Shown here in pieces: positions 46,504 through 59,924 of a stretch of DNA of 64,000 nt. The notes below the pieces were generated by a model, which was given only the letters and a program-made list of their open reading frames with translations, was not told the origin of the DNA and searched no databases. Every line of letters begins with the position of its first letter. Position 1 is the first letter of the stretch. The translations under genes were made by a program, and so were the position numbers. Source of the DNA: Cystobasidiomycetes sp. EMM_F5 (taxonomy: Eukaryota); NCBI GenBank assembly GCA_051047955.1, contig JBPGPT010000030.1, positions 124,001 to 188,000 on the forward strand, written 5' to 3'.

Positions 46504-48225
46504 ATGGGCAGCGGTGTGAGTCTGAATATGCTGAGCGTCGACTGCTTCTGGGCAGGCTGAGACTACTGACGCTCTGAATATCCGATGTATTGATTGATGA
46601 TAACGTTACGTTTCCATCAGTGCACACCGTCCCTCGAGGAAGCCCAGCAGCTCTTCCAGACGCACTTCGGCGGGAAGGATGGCTACAATACCCTCCCCGT
46701 CTGCCTGGCGCTGTCCGCTCCAGACACTCTGACTCCGGTGGTAGCCTACCTGAGACTGACAGACGGCGCTTCAAGCTCAAAATCGAGCTACTTGCTCGAA
46801 TCGGTGCTGCCCGGATCTACACAGGGAAGGTTCTCCTTTGTCGGGACTGGTGAGGACCAAAACGAAAATTAGTGCTGCGATTCCCTCTGACTCGTAAAAT
46901 GTACCCAAGACCCGAGAAGGGTGCTTCGCATTCAGCCAGAGAGCGGCGACCCGCTCAGATACCTCCAGAAAGAACTCGACTCTTATTCCCTACTTCCCCT
47001 TCCACCATCTTCCGCTCATCTGGCCCCTCCTTTCAAAGGCGGCGCAGTCGGCTACGTTGCATACGATGCAATCTATTCGTTCGAGCCCGTACTCGGTAGC
47101 AACAGACCCAAAAAGGACGAGCTAAACATACCTGACGCATTCTTCATCCTATCCGACACGGTCGTTGTGTTTGATCATCTCTTTGGCAGCGTGAGCATAT
47201 GGGCACACATCTGTCTAAACAAGCTCGGAGATCTCGAGATCGAGTACAATGCGACGTGTCAGCGCATGAGAGCTATAGCAAAGACGTTGGCGCAACACAA
47301 TCTTCCGCTACCTGCACAACCCCGGCTTTCCGGAGAACCAGCAGAGGCAATTTCAAATGTTGGTCGAGAAGGATATACTGGCTTTGTCCGGAAACTGCGT
47401 GACCAACATATTGTAAATGGAGACATTATTCAGGCTGTGCCGTCACAACGTCTTTCTCGGAAAACACAGCTGCATCCATTCAATGCATATCGGTATCTCC
47501 GTCAAGTCAATCCATCACCCTACATGTTTTACGTAGACTGCAAGCTATCCGACGATGATGCCACCACGTCAGTGCATCTGGTGGGAGCCTCGCCAGAATG
47601 TCTCTTGTCCATCACACCTAATCGCAAAGTGACAAATCATGCGATAGCGGGTACGATAAAGCGCGGCCTGACGCCAGAGCAGGACGAAGAATTGGCCAAA
47701 GAGCTGTTTAACAGTGTCAAAGACCGAGCAGAGCATGTCATGTTGGTAGATCTGGCTCGCAACGACATCAACCGCGTGTGCAAGCCAGCAAGCGTACACG
47801 TCAAGGAGTTGATGAAGGTGGAAAGGTTCTCGCATGTGATGCATCTCACGTCTACAGTCGAAGGCGAGCTACGTACAGGCCTCAATCGCTGGGATGCATT
47901 CCGCTCCATTTTTCCCGCTGGCACCGTTTCCGGAGCGCCAAAGATCAGAGCCATGGAGCTCATCGCTTCCATGGAACCCAGTACACGTGGTGTCTACGCT
48001 GGTGCAGTAGGTCGTTGGAATCTGGGCAAGAATACCGACGAGTGCGATACGTGCATAGCGATACGAACAATGATGTTCAAGGACGGTGTCGTCTACCTTC
48101 AAGCAGGCGGAGGGATTGTTTGGGATTCCAACGAGGAAGAAGAATATCAGGAGACGGTCAACAAGCTGGCTGCAAATGTCCGGACACTACAGAAGGCCGA
48201 AGAATTCTATGCTAATCTAGATTAG
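46504..48225 (+). CDS. TRP2: Anthranilate synthase component I (start uncertain: 46463, 46504 or 46597)
   Basis: DTLTPVVAYL, SYLLES, GGAVGYVAYD, GDIIQAVPSQR, NPSPYMFY, GASPE, AEHVMLVDLARND, FPAGTVSGAPKIRAM, QAGGGIV. Confidence 0.96.
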
Positions 48226-48407
48226 ATGGTATATGTCATCCGATAGTATCGGTACGGTGATGAATGAGTTGCCCATAGGCAAAGAACACAAGCCTGCAAA
48301 GATCAACGTCGAAGCAGTGAGACTGACGTTGAGTGAAGCTGAGTATGTCGCGACTGACGGCCTTGGCCAAAAGGTGCACAAGCTTTCCCAAACAGAGACT
48401 TCGCAGA

Positions 48408-51400
48408 TCAATCCAGCGCTGCGAGCGCCTTGAACCAGTTGGCTACTACTCGCTTGCCATGCTGCAGGTTTGTTATTGACGTCTTCTCATTCACCAGATG
48501 CGCATGGTCGCCTTGATGACCCATAGGTAAGTGAACTGTGGACGCCTTGAAGAAAGACTCGAGAAAGGGCAGACTCGGAAGGGAGCCTCCTTCTCTGATC
48601 CACAACGGCTGTACGCGCCATTCGTCGAAAACTGCCTGCTCAGCCGCCTGACTGAATGGGTGCTGAGGATCTGCAATCCACCACGGAGCTGAAGAGTCTA
48701 AGTGGACCTGCCTGCACTTCAGTGGCTGCACAATACCATTGCACACACATGGCAACATGCTCACTTCAAGGCGATTCGTCGTCCCTCTCGCCTTTGCAAA
48801 CTCGGCTTGTAAATAGGTTGTAATGCTGGCTGCTATCTGCTTGAGTGGCATGTCCGGCACTGCAGGAATCTATCAGCAACGCCTCGAGTCGATTAGCTGA
48901 GTGCTTTCTACCTGTTCGGACCGAAACCTTTGCGCTTGCCCGAGCAGGAATGACGGTAGAAATTTTGGAGCCGGAGACTTCGACTTTGTGGACGCTGCAG
49001 TAACAGGGCAGTGGTCAGGTAATCGTACGCCCCGCCTACGGTATATGCTCAGTATAGCTCACGAAAGGCTCGGCAGGCGCCAGCTAAGAGTACGGTGTCG
49101 GGTTTTGAAATGCATTCAAGGAATTAGCGTTCCACGAGCACAATCTAGTTGGCATTTACTCTGGCTTACGAGTGAATCAAGGCTTGCTTGGCGTCAGGAT
49201 ATCGTGAGCCGGATGTCAAAGCACTAAGGCTTTCCGCTGAACATCGGCGTATAACCTCTTCGTACGCTTCGTCTTCGAATCTGCATATTACCCTCAGGCT
49301 GAGAACTATGGCAGTGTTCAGTAAAACGTACTGAATGATAGGCCGGACGGAATCGTAGAAACCTGGCACCGATATTTCACCCGATTCTGGGTCGACGAGA
49401 GAGCCTATCAGCCGCGTGAGCTGAATGAGAGGCTCGTCCTGTACCGATATCAGCCAAGTCCAGCAAAATTAGTACGCCTTTCACGCACACATAGCCCGCC
49501 ATGCATCCCGGAATGCAAGTCAGGGTTTGCTGAGGTAACGCTGATCGTTAAATTTATACGTCCGCGCAGGCCGAACATGATGCTTGGAATGTCCTCGCTG
49601 AGAGAATAGGAGTTCGAGACAAGGACTGACCGCTGCCGCTCAGTCACAACTTGTCCGCTGAGATGCATGAACCTCACCAGCATCTATAAGACCTATGACA
49701 GCGCGGTTTCACTCAACAAAGAAGCTACTTCCACGTTAGGTGTAAACTCACCGATCTCCGCACTATGAGTGCGAACAGCGTCTCGCAATCCTGCGCTGTC
49801 CTGAGACCTGCAGCTTCAGCATAATCATAAGCAGCACTAGGCGGAAGCAAGCGCACTGTCTCCTCTTCTCCTTCAAGCAACATGATGACATCAATGTCCA
49901 GCTGTTTGGCATCGAGCAAATCTGCTGCTGCGCAAGCAACCGCAATAATGGGTCCTGCGATGTCTTGAGCTTACACGTCGGGTGCAGGGATCCTTACGTA
50001 CCTTTATTATCTATAACTCCGCGCCCGTATAGGTATCCGTCTATCCCGCGTAACGTGAACGCGTTACCGGAGGTCCATTCACCGAGATCGCTAACGACAT
50101 CATAGTCTGTGCAACAATATCAGTCTCTACGCTAGCAGCTAATAGCGTATACCTTACGGCCGTAGAACAGAACTCGCTTGCGGTGTGCACGAGCCTCTGC
50201 TGCTCGCGGAATGAATTTAGCCAAAACCAACGGGTTTCTCCCCTTGCTGCCAGGCAACTGCGAGAGCGTTCAATATATAGATCAAGGGCTCGTCTGAAAA
50301 TACCGTACGATAGTTGCGTTGGCGCCGAGAAGTGTCATGGCATCCCTGCACCATATAGCAGTTTGTCGACACTGTCATTCAAGCCGTGAGCAATGCCAGA
50401 AAAAAATAAGACGAAACCTCACGTCTTCGCGATGCGACTCAGAGCTACTTATAGAGGGGAAAGCGACAAATTCGGTGAGCAGTCTGAACATTCTCCCTGA
50501 AATATGATCTCTGTCATTCAGGAAAGCCTGTACGACTCAAATGCTGTGCATTACCTTCCAGAGCATCGGACTGCACAATAGTTTGGTTGCCACTCCCAAT
50601 CTGCCAGATCTTCATGGTGCCATCGTTCCCGCCAGTATATATGAAAGTACCGTCCGCAGAAACAGCGCTGCTGAGGGCAATGCCGTCATGCGAATGGTAA
50701 GTCCCGTCCAACAGAAAGGCCGGAGACCATAGCTGTCTCTCCAAGATGAGATTATGCGTGCGACCTTCTGGAAACTCGGGAGCTACCCACCTGCAAGTTC
50801 CCATTTGATGTGGTGGCTATGCAAGAGTCCTGCAGTAGAGACAAGCTCATGATATCGTCCGTGGTAGCGGAAAGATTTCGTATACCACTCCCAGTATGTA
50901 GATCAAACACCCGAATCATACCATTTTGGAACCCCGCAAATAAAGTTGCGTCGTCGCGACTTGCGAGAGATAGAACCGCACAATCGTCATCTTCTGCCAG
51001 TACGTTTCGGAATGCGAAGCCAGTCGAATTGCACGTCCATAGCTGCAAGTTTTGCAAGTGAATGTCGGCTATACAACCCAACGCCATGCCTCACCTTGAT
51101 CACACCGTCTCCGGCTTTACGACGGGCGAGATTCGATCAGGAAGCAACACAATACCCAAGACAGGCCGTACGTACCTCCCGAAACCAAGACGTCTTCTTT
51201 ATCGAAATTGGCGCATGTTAGGGCATAAACGTAGCCATAGTGTGACGGAGTCAGAGCATTTCTGCCATCGATGGTGACGCATGATTGCACTACGTCCGTG
51301 ATAGACTGTTGAGTAAGTCCCTCGAGAGATAATTCAGAAGGATCAGGCGATGAAGAAAGACTTCGCCCTGTTAGACTGGAGTACAGTCGACCGTGGGCTG

Positions 51401-52096
51401 TTTCCTCACGGCGTTAGACACAAGTCAGGCAGATGCGATGCGCATCTCACCAGCTGCTTGAGCCCGACTCAATTGTAAAGCGGGCTGACTGTCGAAGAAT
51501 TTGTTGTATCTTCCGCCAGGCGGAGGTGTGCAGAACCCCTCGGGCCGCAACCCAGCATCAGGAAGATCTGCCCACTATGCAAAAAAGCCGCTCAGCGTTG
51601 CACAAAATGCAGCACAGACTAGGAGAGGGCCAGTCAAACTAACCAGTATCGCGCAAGATTGGCAGCCCAGGACGACTCGGTCGTTCATGTAGGTTACGCT
51701 CAGGATATCGCCAACCAACTCCGGCGGGGGCAGGACAGCCCAGAGGAGCTGTAGACGTCTCGAATCCCATATCCGCACGGTTGAGTCAGCGGACGCGCTT
51801 ATCAGCCATTTCCGCTTTGGCAGCTCGACGCCGCATAGACTGAGGATGCTGCCAGCGTGGCCGACGAGGTCGCACTTTGTGCGCAGGGTACTTGCATCGA
51901 TACAGCGGATGATTCCAGATCCCAGGCCTGCAAAGATGTAGTCCCCTACTTGGGCTATGCACAGTACACTGCTCTCGGGGAGGGTGACGGTCGACACGAG
52001 CTGCGGCTTGTCTAGAGGCATGGCTGGGTCAGCAAAGCAGTCAGCGCCTGCATCCTTGAACGCACTCTCAGCATCCAGCGCGCCCAGACCCGTCAT
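48408..52096 (-). CDS. DUG2: WD40 plus M20 peptidase-like protein Dug2 (glutathione degradation complex)
   Basis: N-terminal WD40 repeats (GHAGSILSL, SASADSTVRIWD, TGGNDGTMKIW) followed by M20 motifs YGRGVIDNKGP, EGEEE, DLHSG, REGGSLP, DHAHLVNE. Confidence 0.9.
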
Positions 52097-52242
52097 ACAT
52101 GGATTGATTTTTGCCGACAAGGCGCAAGCGAGGTCATGGCGCGCGACTGGATGCGGAGACGACGGTTCAGAACTGACTCGCACTAAGTCTAACAGCACAA
52201 CAACCCATGATGCCTCTACTACTGACTCGTCACTTTGCCCAC

Positions 52243-55200
52243 TCAATTGTCTGACCTGCGTTCATCTTCATCGTCTCCCATCTCTCGTATCGTTTCGTCT
52301 GCGTCAATCAGGTCGACGTACTGTAAGGAGAGTAAAGGAACTCAGCCATCTGACAGCGCCGCGCTGTCGAGTGGATGTACTCACTGCTTTGATCTGCTTG
52401 GCTGCATCTCTGTACAATGCCGTGATCAGCTGCATTTTCTGGTCGCTTGCTCACTTGTACTCACTCGTTCGTTGTAACTGGCCTATCTATGAACGGCAGA
52501 CCGAAGTAATCCATAACAGTACGCGCTGAGGCTTTCACAATCGGGGCTTTGTCTCCTGCAGCACTTTTCTTGCCGGGAGCATGCTTGGCCAGCTTTCTGC
52601 AGTGTGGGGACACAGTGTTCAGTCGTGCGGAGGGCCTGATTGTCATTCGCTAGCCTTACTGATCAGTGATGCCATATAGCTGTCGTAGATGCGCTCGCAG
52701 ACACAGCGAAAAGGATAAGACTACGCTGCTCTTGGCGAGGTCGCGGATATCATTCTCCTGTTCATCTGGTTCTTGCAGCCTATGGTACTGAGCTCGAAGC
52801 TTAATAGCCATCATGCAGATGTTGTACAGGCACAAAGCTTACTAGACTCATACCAGCAACTGACAGCAGACTTGTGCACTCTTTGACGACAAAGAAGATT
52901 TCCTCTTGCGATTTGTACTCGAAAGCGGACAAATTCTCGGCCGTGAATCGCGCAAAAGCGACTTTAGCCTGGATTGCGCTGTAAGCAATAGCCTTCGCAT
53001 AGATGAACCTCCATCATTCACCTGTTCACAATGCTTCTTGTCTGCAATTTCAATGTGTAGACCCCGCATAAATGCTTTCAGGAAATCTAGCCTCCACTGT
53101 CGTTTCTCCTTCATTAGAGTATACCAAAGAGTGAGTTTGGCAATAGGTGGGTCTCCATGGCACCCTGTTGAGGTAGGTCAGCAAGACACATCGCGCAAGG
53201 TCACTGCACGGCGCACCGCAGACGTTTGCCTCTTCTTGATTCCGATACTGATATTGAAATGCTGCTTGTACGGATTCTGCGATCCTTGTATTTACCAGGG
53301 TCGAGTGTTTGCTATGCAGGGACGAATGAAGCGCAAACGCCTTCTTGTATACGGCAGAGTTTGGGCTCGTCTCCAGTGCCACAAGAGCCGGTAAGCATTG
53401 CATTGGGTGCGCCAGGCCTTGTTTGACCGTATATGCTATAGCATCCAGAGCAGGCCCCAACAGTGCTCCGGTGGATTCTGAAATCAGAGCCGCATCGATG
53501 ATGCTGTCTAGGTATCGCTGTATGACCGCGGATCCAACACTGTGAGAGTCGCTCAGGCTTCTGCAGGCTAGAAGGGTGCAAGTAAACCGAGTCAGGCCGG
53601 GAACTTACCCAGAATCTGCGAAATTCTCAGTATTGCCAATCAACTGCCTCATGTCAACGTCGGCCGCTGCAATTGCAAGAAGTGACAAATCAGCGCAGAT
53701 AAGTAGAGACAAAGGTAGTAAGGCCAACCGCTTTCTTCTTGCTGAGAGTCATCGGAGGATTGTGATACTAGAAAGTCACAGATGGTACGTAGCAGTACAA
53801 CTTTGGCTTCCGAGCTGTTACTTGCGAATATCTTGTCCATAATTTGGCAGGAATCGGAATGTAGCATCAACATTGGACTCGTGCGGTAAAGGAATCCTGC
53901 AAGACAGCTTAGGATTGCGGTGCCGTCTGAAAAGGTGCTATGCGTACCGAGACATTGAAGAGCAGTACCATGCAAAGGATGACCAGCAGTCATACGATAC
54001 ACTTTGATCATTTGCTCAAAGACTTGCAGCTGTATAGAATCCTGAGATTCATATGGAGTCAGGCGCCTTACTTCCCGCCTTTCAAGTATACTGCAAGCCT
54101 TGCCTGGCTGATGGCATCAATATGCAACCGCGCGTCTGGAGAAGTCTGGCGGAGGCGATCGAAATCCCCGTATTGGCAGAACAAGGATACTAACTTTGCC
54201 AGTATCGGCAACGTTCGTAGCAACTGCTCTTTCTCCGCAGCATTTGGAGAATTCTTCATATTATGAAGGCGATCGATACCGCTCTGCAAACGCGCTGGCC
54301 GAGGAGTCTTTCAGCAAATTTTACGCGGCTGCTTTACAATTGACCCACTCTGACACGCGCGGAAAACGCTGCATAGCTTCCCATAGTCTTGCGTTTGGTG
54401 TACGACAATCGCGCAATAACACGCCACCAGATCGGGCAACGCCTGTCTCTCAAAGTCAAATTAGCGGATGCATCTATATAATATTGACACTCACCCGCTC
54501 TCCGACGCAAGCCGGCTTGTTGATGAGAACGCGTGTCACGTTCTGAAGATCCTGGGCGAATTTTGAGGCATGTCCAACAGCCATCCGGGGCACAACGCAC
54601 GCAAAAATCTTCAGCAGATACTCAGCGATTTGCTGCTCGTCCGCCTTGTAAGGAGAAAGCATCTGAGCCAAAAATTCGGATCAATGAATTTGCTTCGCAT
54701 CCACTCACGGTGGCAGCCGAACGGAGATACGGAAGCAAATGATTGGCCTTGCCGACTGTCAACATACTCGGATCCGTAGATAGGAGGATGTAAATGGTCT
54801 TGATGCAGTTGACAACATCCTACGCTCAAACTTAGCCATGATCAGCAGGTGTAAGCCTTGATGACGCACGAGTTCTGCGTTGACTTCGACATCGATCAAA
54901 GTTTCTATCAAGCAGTCTACAACTTCTGTCATGTACGCGGTGATGGCTGCCAGACTTGACTTCCCCTTGCTGATTGCTTTCTTCCCATGGTAGCGCTCGA
55001 CAATCTAACGGCAACCAATCAGCGTATACAAATCCAGTAAAAGACGTACGCATACCGCTTTAACGGCTGTTTCTAGATTTGACGGCCGTTCCCTCGAAGC
55101 GGATGCGACATTGATCAACACTGCTGCGTGAGACACAAGATCGACACGCTTCGATGCGGCACGGATCTCTTCGCTGTCCGATCTGCGTAGCTGGGTGGAC

Positions 55201-58200
55201 GTGAATAAAAGCTCCTCTACAGCTCCCATGGCGAGTTCCTGGGTGTTTGGTATCAGAGACAATTACAATTGTGGAACGATGAAGGTCTTGGCACCTTGAC
55301 GCCATCGTCTTCGTCGTGGACCCGTCCGACTAGACGTGTGCATACCTCCACTTGCGACTCTTGCTGAAGTAGCGGGTATATGCTTCTCAGAAGCTTGATT
55401 ACGCGCTTTCGCACGCTAAGTCCGGCGTCCTGCAGAGTGTAATATGCCTAGCTTCAGCGGGAGCTGGCCTTTTTTCAGCAGGACAACGTACTGCGATCCG
55501 CTCCAAGATTCGCGGCAAATATTGCACAGCGAGACTTGCATCATACGTAACATACCGTCCCAGCATATCTAGAGCTGCATCCCTCACTGCGGGAGAACTA
55601 TCCATCAAGCGGGCTTCGACAGCTTGCCGGATGGCAGGCTGCTCTATGAGTGTCAGTGATAGATCTTAACCAAATAAAGCCAGACATTACCGCGAGAAAC
55701 ATTTTCGAGTCTTGCTCCACTATGCTGCTGAGTGCCTTGAGAGCTTTCTGACGGAAAGCAATGACAGCCCCTTCGCAAGACATCAACACTGCGCGCAGCA
55801 GAGACGGCATGGCTAAAGGAAGTCCGTGTACGGGAAACAAGGGTTCTAAATCTCGTACAAGGTCTTGACGCGACAAGGTTGACCTGGGATCGATAAATCT
55901 CAGTTGAATTCCTTTCAAACATAAGTTTGCATACACAGCCTGTGGTCGGGTTTCCCATAAAGCCAGCTGGAATTGGACAACTTGCATGCCAAATTTTTGG
56001 CACGACCTTTCGTCTTCTACTATTTGCGGCAGTATTTCTGCTGCTTGCAGGAGGTCGAAGCTGTAGCGCGTAACCAGAAAATCAGCAGCCGCCTGAAGCA
56101 CATTGTCAGTAACGACGATTTAGAGCGCCTAGAATGATTGTCACCTGATAGCTTGCATCGCTGGGAGCGTAGGATGCTAGGGCTCCAAAAGCTCGCTCTT
56201 CGGCTTCGTGACGTTTCTTCAGGAGCCTTCTATCCTGTTGCTTCAAAATCTTGGGTGATCGTGTATCAGAGATCGCATGTGTATCGGGTAAATCTGTCTT
56301 ACTGCACTCAACGGCAACAAGGCATTACCTTCCGGAACATTTAGCTGTGCCATCTTCTCGCTTTCTGCGATCTTGCCGTAAACTATTGCGCCGATACTAC
56401 CAAGATGATCCAGGGCTGCGCTTTTAGCACTATTGCCGTCCGCAGAGATTTTCGGATCTTCGAGTATGTTGATCTTAGTCACATGAATGGTCAATATACG
56501 CTAGCGACAATTGCATGAACATGCTCACGAAGGATCGGATCGCTGCTTGCAGCAACAGTGTCGCAGCAGGCCATTGCGGCTGATCAACCACGACTATGAG
56601 GTCGCGCACGAAATGGTCCAATAGTGCTTTATACTCGGCTTCACTTGCTGTGGTGTTCTTAGGTGCTTTACTGGATCTGCTAAAAAGATACCCGATGATG
56701 GCTGCGGTGCAGCGATTCGCCGAAGTAAATGCTGCCTCGACATTCCCAGCTATTACTCGGATCTATCAAAGTCACTCAGACTGATGAACAGGGCAAGAGC
56801 GTTCCCAATACTCACAGGCTGCTTATCATCTTCACGCATGTCAACCGCAATAGCATCTTCGGCCTGCATTTCCCCGAGCTCTGTTCGTATGCGGAGGCAG
56901 ATTCCGCTGGTACAGCTTTGCACTAGATGGATGAGGAGAATGGAGAGAGTCTGCACTGATTTGCCATTGTCAAGGACAAACTCTGGTTTGCGTTTCGCCA
57001 AGTCTGGCAATTTCGTAATGTATCCAAGAATTTCCTCGATGATCCAATGACGTTGATCTGGATAGTGGGAAATAATCTGATATTCTTGTTAGTACGAGCG
57101 CTTCCAAAGTCTGACTAGCTATCGAAGCTTACAGTTCTCAGAAGGCGCATTGCCTCGGTACGTACGATCTTCAGTTCGGCGACACCTGTCTTGGCGCCCT
57201 TGCTGTTCGTACGCAGTCCCTGTTCTACAAAGAAGGGAGAAATTGCGATATAAACGGCTTTGATCACGACTGCCTCTGCGAGGTCGTGGCGCTCCAGTAG
57301 TGTGTTCAGCAATGCGAATACGCCAGCAGACAAGTAAAGCAGACTGCCAACAGCGGTAGACATAGCCGTGGGTGCCATCAAGGCTTCGCTATCGGTGCTC
57401 AGAGCAGGATATACAGCGGCCGGCAATTGCGACTTTATAGTATTTAGGCAGCCCACGATGAGATCTTCAGAGTAGACCTGGTGCCAATACAGGTGAGTGT
57501 TGTTGTGGGGCGCGATGAATCGGGCATAGCTTACCTGTTTCGCGAGTCGACCTCCAGTCCAGATTGTTAAGCTGGTTTTGACGGCATGCATTGCATGTTG
57601 CAAGGTGACAAGGCCTGACTCGTACTTTTCAAGATCGCCGTCATCCAAATGGTTATCATCGGCTGTGTTCCCTTTGCGCCTTTTTGCTGGCTTTCTCGTC
57701 TGCTTTGACATTTTGCGTGATGTGTCATCGTCGGACTCGCCTGAGTCTGAATCTTCCGATGCCTCCTGCTCTTCGTCACTACCTTCCTCGTCATTGGACT
57801 TGCGAGCGTTCTTTCGACTTTTGGTCGTAGGCATTAAGGGCGTGATGGATCTCGAAGATCGACGGGTTGGTTGACTATTCTCTGCTTCGGTCTTTCCCTT
57901 CTCACCTGATCGAGTGGAAGCTTTAGCGTTTTTGCCTTTACGTTTCCCCGGAGATTTGGCTGGTACATCGCTCAAGCTGGACTTAGTCATGCTAGCCGGG
58001 AAAATCTGGAGGCGCTCAGCGATGCATATGCTTCTACTCAAGATTTTCAGGATGCGTTGTAAGTACGTAGCATCCGCCCGCTCAAGTGGTGCACCAGAAG
58101 TTTCTCCTTGGTTAGGTCTCTCTGACCCACTACGTCCAAATGTCTGCTCAAACGACTTTCTCCCTCCGATTGAGCTAACAAGGTCGTGAACCGACTTTTC

Positions 58201-59924
58201 AATCTTCTTGATACTGCTCAGCATCAAGCAGCCTTTGATTTCGCCATCGGTTGTAAAATGTTTGTACCGCTCATTGCCATCAATATCCGCTGATTGGAGA
58301 TGGCTAAAGATTTCGTCTTCATCAAATATTTCTTCCAGCAAGGCGACGAGACCATCGCATAAGCTCTGTTCTGTTTCTTGCGCTGAATGGAGACGCTTCG
58401 CTGGGGATTTTGTCATTTCACGACTAGGTTGTATAATCCTGCCAGCTTTGGCGTGGTTTGGGAGGATGCGAGCGGCAGAGGGAGAAGAACGCACAATGAG
58501 ACAATCATCGCTCGTGGGTGCTGCTGCATAAGGCGTTGCATCATCGGAAGTGAGTTCGCTGAAAACGCTCCTATCCTGTTTGGTAGGTCCGTGACCTATC
58601 TTTTGGCGCTTGATACTAGTCATGACCGGTCCGTACTCGGTCATTCTACGTTTTGCGGGGATCTCGACAACGATGGTCGATTTGGGACGATATCGCTCGT
58701 TGACAAGACTCATGGGATCAGGAGATGTGCTCACGGGCGATGACTGCGCCAGCGCAGCCATACTGTTGACCTTTCGAGGAGTAACGCTGCCAGTGGAGCT
58801 CACTTCCAGCTTGGCATGCAGGGATGATGACCGCGTATCAGTTAATGTGGCACTCTGTTGTTGCAAAAGCTGTTGCTCGGGCGACGAGCTTCGTTTCATG
58901 ACAGATGAGATGTGTAAGCTGCGAGGTGTAGCTCTCGGTGGCTCCCGGGCCGAAAATTGCGAATTGCTATTGTCTTGACTTTGTGACGTGAGCCAGTCTT
59001 CGAAGAATTGACGTGTGTGGTCACGCAGAGCACGATCCTGGTCGCATTTCGGATGCGGACGGATGACCCAGTCCGGTGATGGTGCATTTTCATTACTCTG
59101 CTTACTTGACGCCATTACCGCGCGTGTTTCTTCGAGTAAGTTACCTTTAGACGGCGGGAGTGGCAACATTGTTGGTATAGGCATTTTGCCGTTCACAAGC
59201 GAAGGCCGTGGTGATGGGTACGGGAAATTGGCAGCTGAGAGCACCTCACCGGCGACTGTACGTAGACCCTTGTCGCGCTTTTCAAGCTTCTTCGGCCGAA
59301 GTGGCACGTACGATGTCCCCTGGTGCGCGTCACTGGTAAGTCTATATGGAAGATGGGGCCACGCTCTATATTCCTGGAGCATTCAGTCATTAAGTTACAC
59401 ACATACTGAGGCACACTCACATGTTTTGTGCGCTCGGCCCGCAATCGCGTACAGCTGCTTGGAAAGAGCGAGTTGCGGACTGTAGCCTCCTGGCGTCATC
59501 CGGACTCATGTTTCCGGTAGAGTCTCGCTTAATTCTCGCCAGAGCAGTCATTTCGGCAGCATACGAGTTGAAGTCTGCATCATCGTCAAATACAGGCCTT
59601 GCAGTGATTTGGGCCATGTCGGCCGACGTGGATGCAAAGCTGCTGGGCTCGAGGGCAGTTGGAGCAGTCATATGGCGAATCACTGATAGCAATCAACGAC
59701 GGTTTTGCATATTTGTGTCAATGTACCTCGTCAGCCGGACCCGTAAAGTGCAGGATCCTTTCTGGCTTACGCTGAGTCGTCTGGACAAGACTGACCAGAG
59801 GGAATCCGCTGACCATCTCTGCGCAGCTTCGCTTGATGTCATGGCGGTATGCGGTCTCGTCGTCCATTTTGGCAGCCTGCTGGCCATCTTCAACGCGTCC
59901 AGGAGGTCCTTGGTCCGCCATCAT
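52243..59924 (-). CDS. SCC2: Cohesin loader Scc2/NIPBL, multi-exon
   Basis: QVYSEDL, WIIEEILG, AALDHLG, RQKALKAL, DSSPAVRDAALDMLG, DAGLSVRKRVIK, QGLAHPMQCLPALVALETS (HEAT and Nipped-B_C signatures). Last exon ends RRSDN*. Confidence 0.92.

Noticed and set aside
46516..46620. TPP riboswitch in the TRP2 intron (GCTGAGA present)
   Set aside because: It lacks the downstream CTGATxxGGxTAATxCCxGCGxAGG core, and the gene is not thiamine-related.
48233..48433. 66-aa ORF directly after TRP2
   Set aside because: Different frame from TRP2, no convincing splice link, overlaps the DUG2 stop; likely chance within overlapping 3'-UTRs.
26705..52096. Apparent functional clusters (ubiquitin: NTAQ1/F-box/CDC27; glutamine: ASN1/TRP2/DUG2)
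   Set aside because: Interspersed with unrelated housekeeping genes; no shared motif seen and no synteny evidence available.
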